Shown in pieces: positions 63,076-64,000 of a stretch of DNA of 64,000 nucleotides (position 1 is its first letter; every line of letters starts with the position of its first letter). Position numbers and translations under genes: made by a program. Where the stretch lies: contig JBNZDD010013732.1 of NCBI GenBank assembly GCA_050575255.1, positions 14,563,682 through 14,627,681 on the forward strand, given 5' to 3'. Origin of the DNA: Harriotta raleighana (Eukaryota). The notes beneath the pieces were generated by a model, which had not been told where the DNA came from, made no database searches, and saw nothing but the letters and a program-made list of their open reading frames with translations.

Positions 63076-64000
63076 TGGGTCCTGTTTGAAAAATTGTTTT
63101 GCCAGAATCCCTTTTCGAATAAAAAATTAATGATTATTAAATTGCTAGCCAGTAACTGCTTAATCACTCAAAAATATTAACTAACCAACAGAAACATAAG
63201 AAGAAAAGCTTAAAACTTTAAACTCAACAAAGCTTCTTTCTTTGGACAAATGCTTAGTAATTCCTTTTTTAATACTGTTTATGCCAAGGACAAAATCATT
63301 AATAACAAAGATAACCACACTCTGCCAATAACCAACAACATTTTGCTTTGCAATTTATGTAGCAGACGAGAGGAAATTGTTTCAGGAAAGTCATGCAATA
63401 AAAGATATTCATACAAATCTGGCATTAACAACAACAACAACATTTATAGAGCGCCTTTCATATCAGGAGGACGTCCCAAGGCACTGAAAACCAGAATGCC
63501 ACTAATGCTCTTATTCTATTACTCTCTATGTTTAGTGATACCCATTCTATTACTGAGGGATGGGGCTGTCTTGGAGTGGGGGCGGCGCTGTGCCTCCTGA
63601 TGTGAAAGGCGCTCTATAAATGTAATTTTGTTGTTGTTGCATTCTTATGCTCTTATGAGTGAGGAAGAAGGGGGGAGAATAGGGATGAAAAGTGAGAAAA
63701 ATTGAGCTTTTTTCAAGAGAAGTGGGTGGAGGCATCTTAGGTCAAGGTAGCATGAAGCAACACATTTCCAAGCTTGCTTGTTATCATGTGGGGGTATAGG
63801 TATGCACAGCACAGAAGTACAGTGTGCTGCTTCGTAGACATTAAGTACATCTCAGATAAAGAGCTCACTTTAATTACTACTATTCCTGAGAAAATATGCG
63901 TGCTTCACAGCTCATTGATTAATATAGCAGGTACACGATTGATACACATGAGGTTAGCAGATTGGCTTAGCTCCACAAAGTGTTCACTGAGAATCCATAA

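Noticed and set aside
385-63640. CRISPR-like or regularly spaced repeat array from recurring ~35-60-nt motifs
   Set aside because: The motifs are irregularly spaced, on both strands and diverged; they are L2/SINE termini in a vertebrate genome.

Overview
64 kb of AT-rich vertebrate non-coding DNA (intronic or intergenic). The repeat set points to a cartilaginous fish (chimaera or shark); this is inferred from SacSINE1/Deu-type SINEs plus abundant L2 and CR1 LINE fragments. No host protein-coding gene or structural RNA gene could be supported, and every ORF with a recognisable motif is a decayed L2 or CR1 reverse-transcriptase fragment. The window holds many 5'-truncated L2 and CR1 copies, two tRNA-headed Deu-domain SINE families, two Tigger/pogo-like and two hAT-like MITEs, and an old palindromic MITE family. 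It also has one N gap, four single-N joins with duplicated flanks (probable assembly or haplotype artefacts), and repeat-poor blocks that resemble conserved non-coding elements. The best novelty candidates are: (i) a composite retroelement in two copies (CT-rich tract, tandem Deu modules, L2 tail with a (TTGA)n end, possibly tRNA-headed); (ii) a tail-to-tail SINE hairpin resembling L2-derived miRNA precursors; (iii) a near-identical inverted CR1 pair; (iv) a shared, co-varying 3' stem-loop across the L2 and SINE families, with many 45-70 nt tail-only insertions. Coordinates were read by eye, and boundaries of old repeats are approximate.
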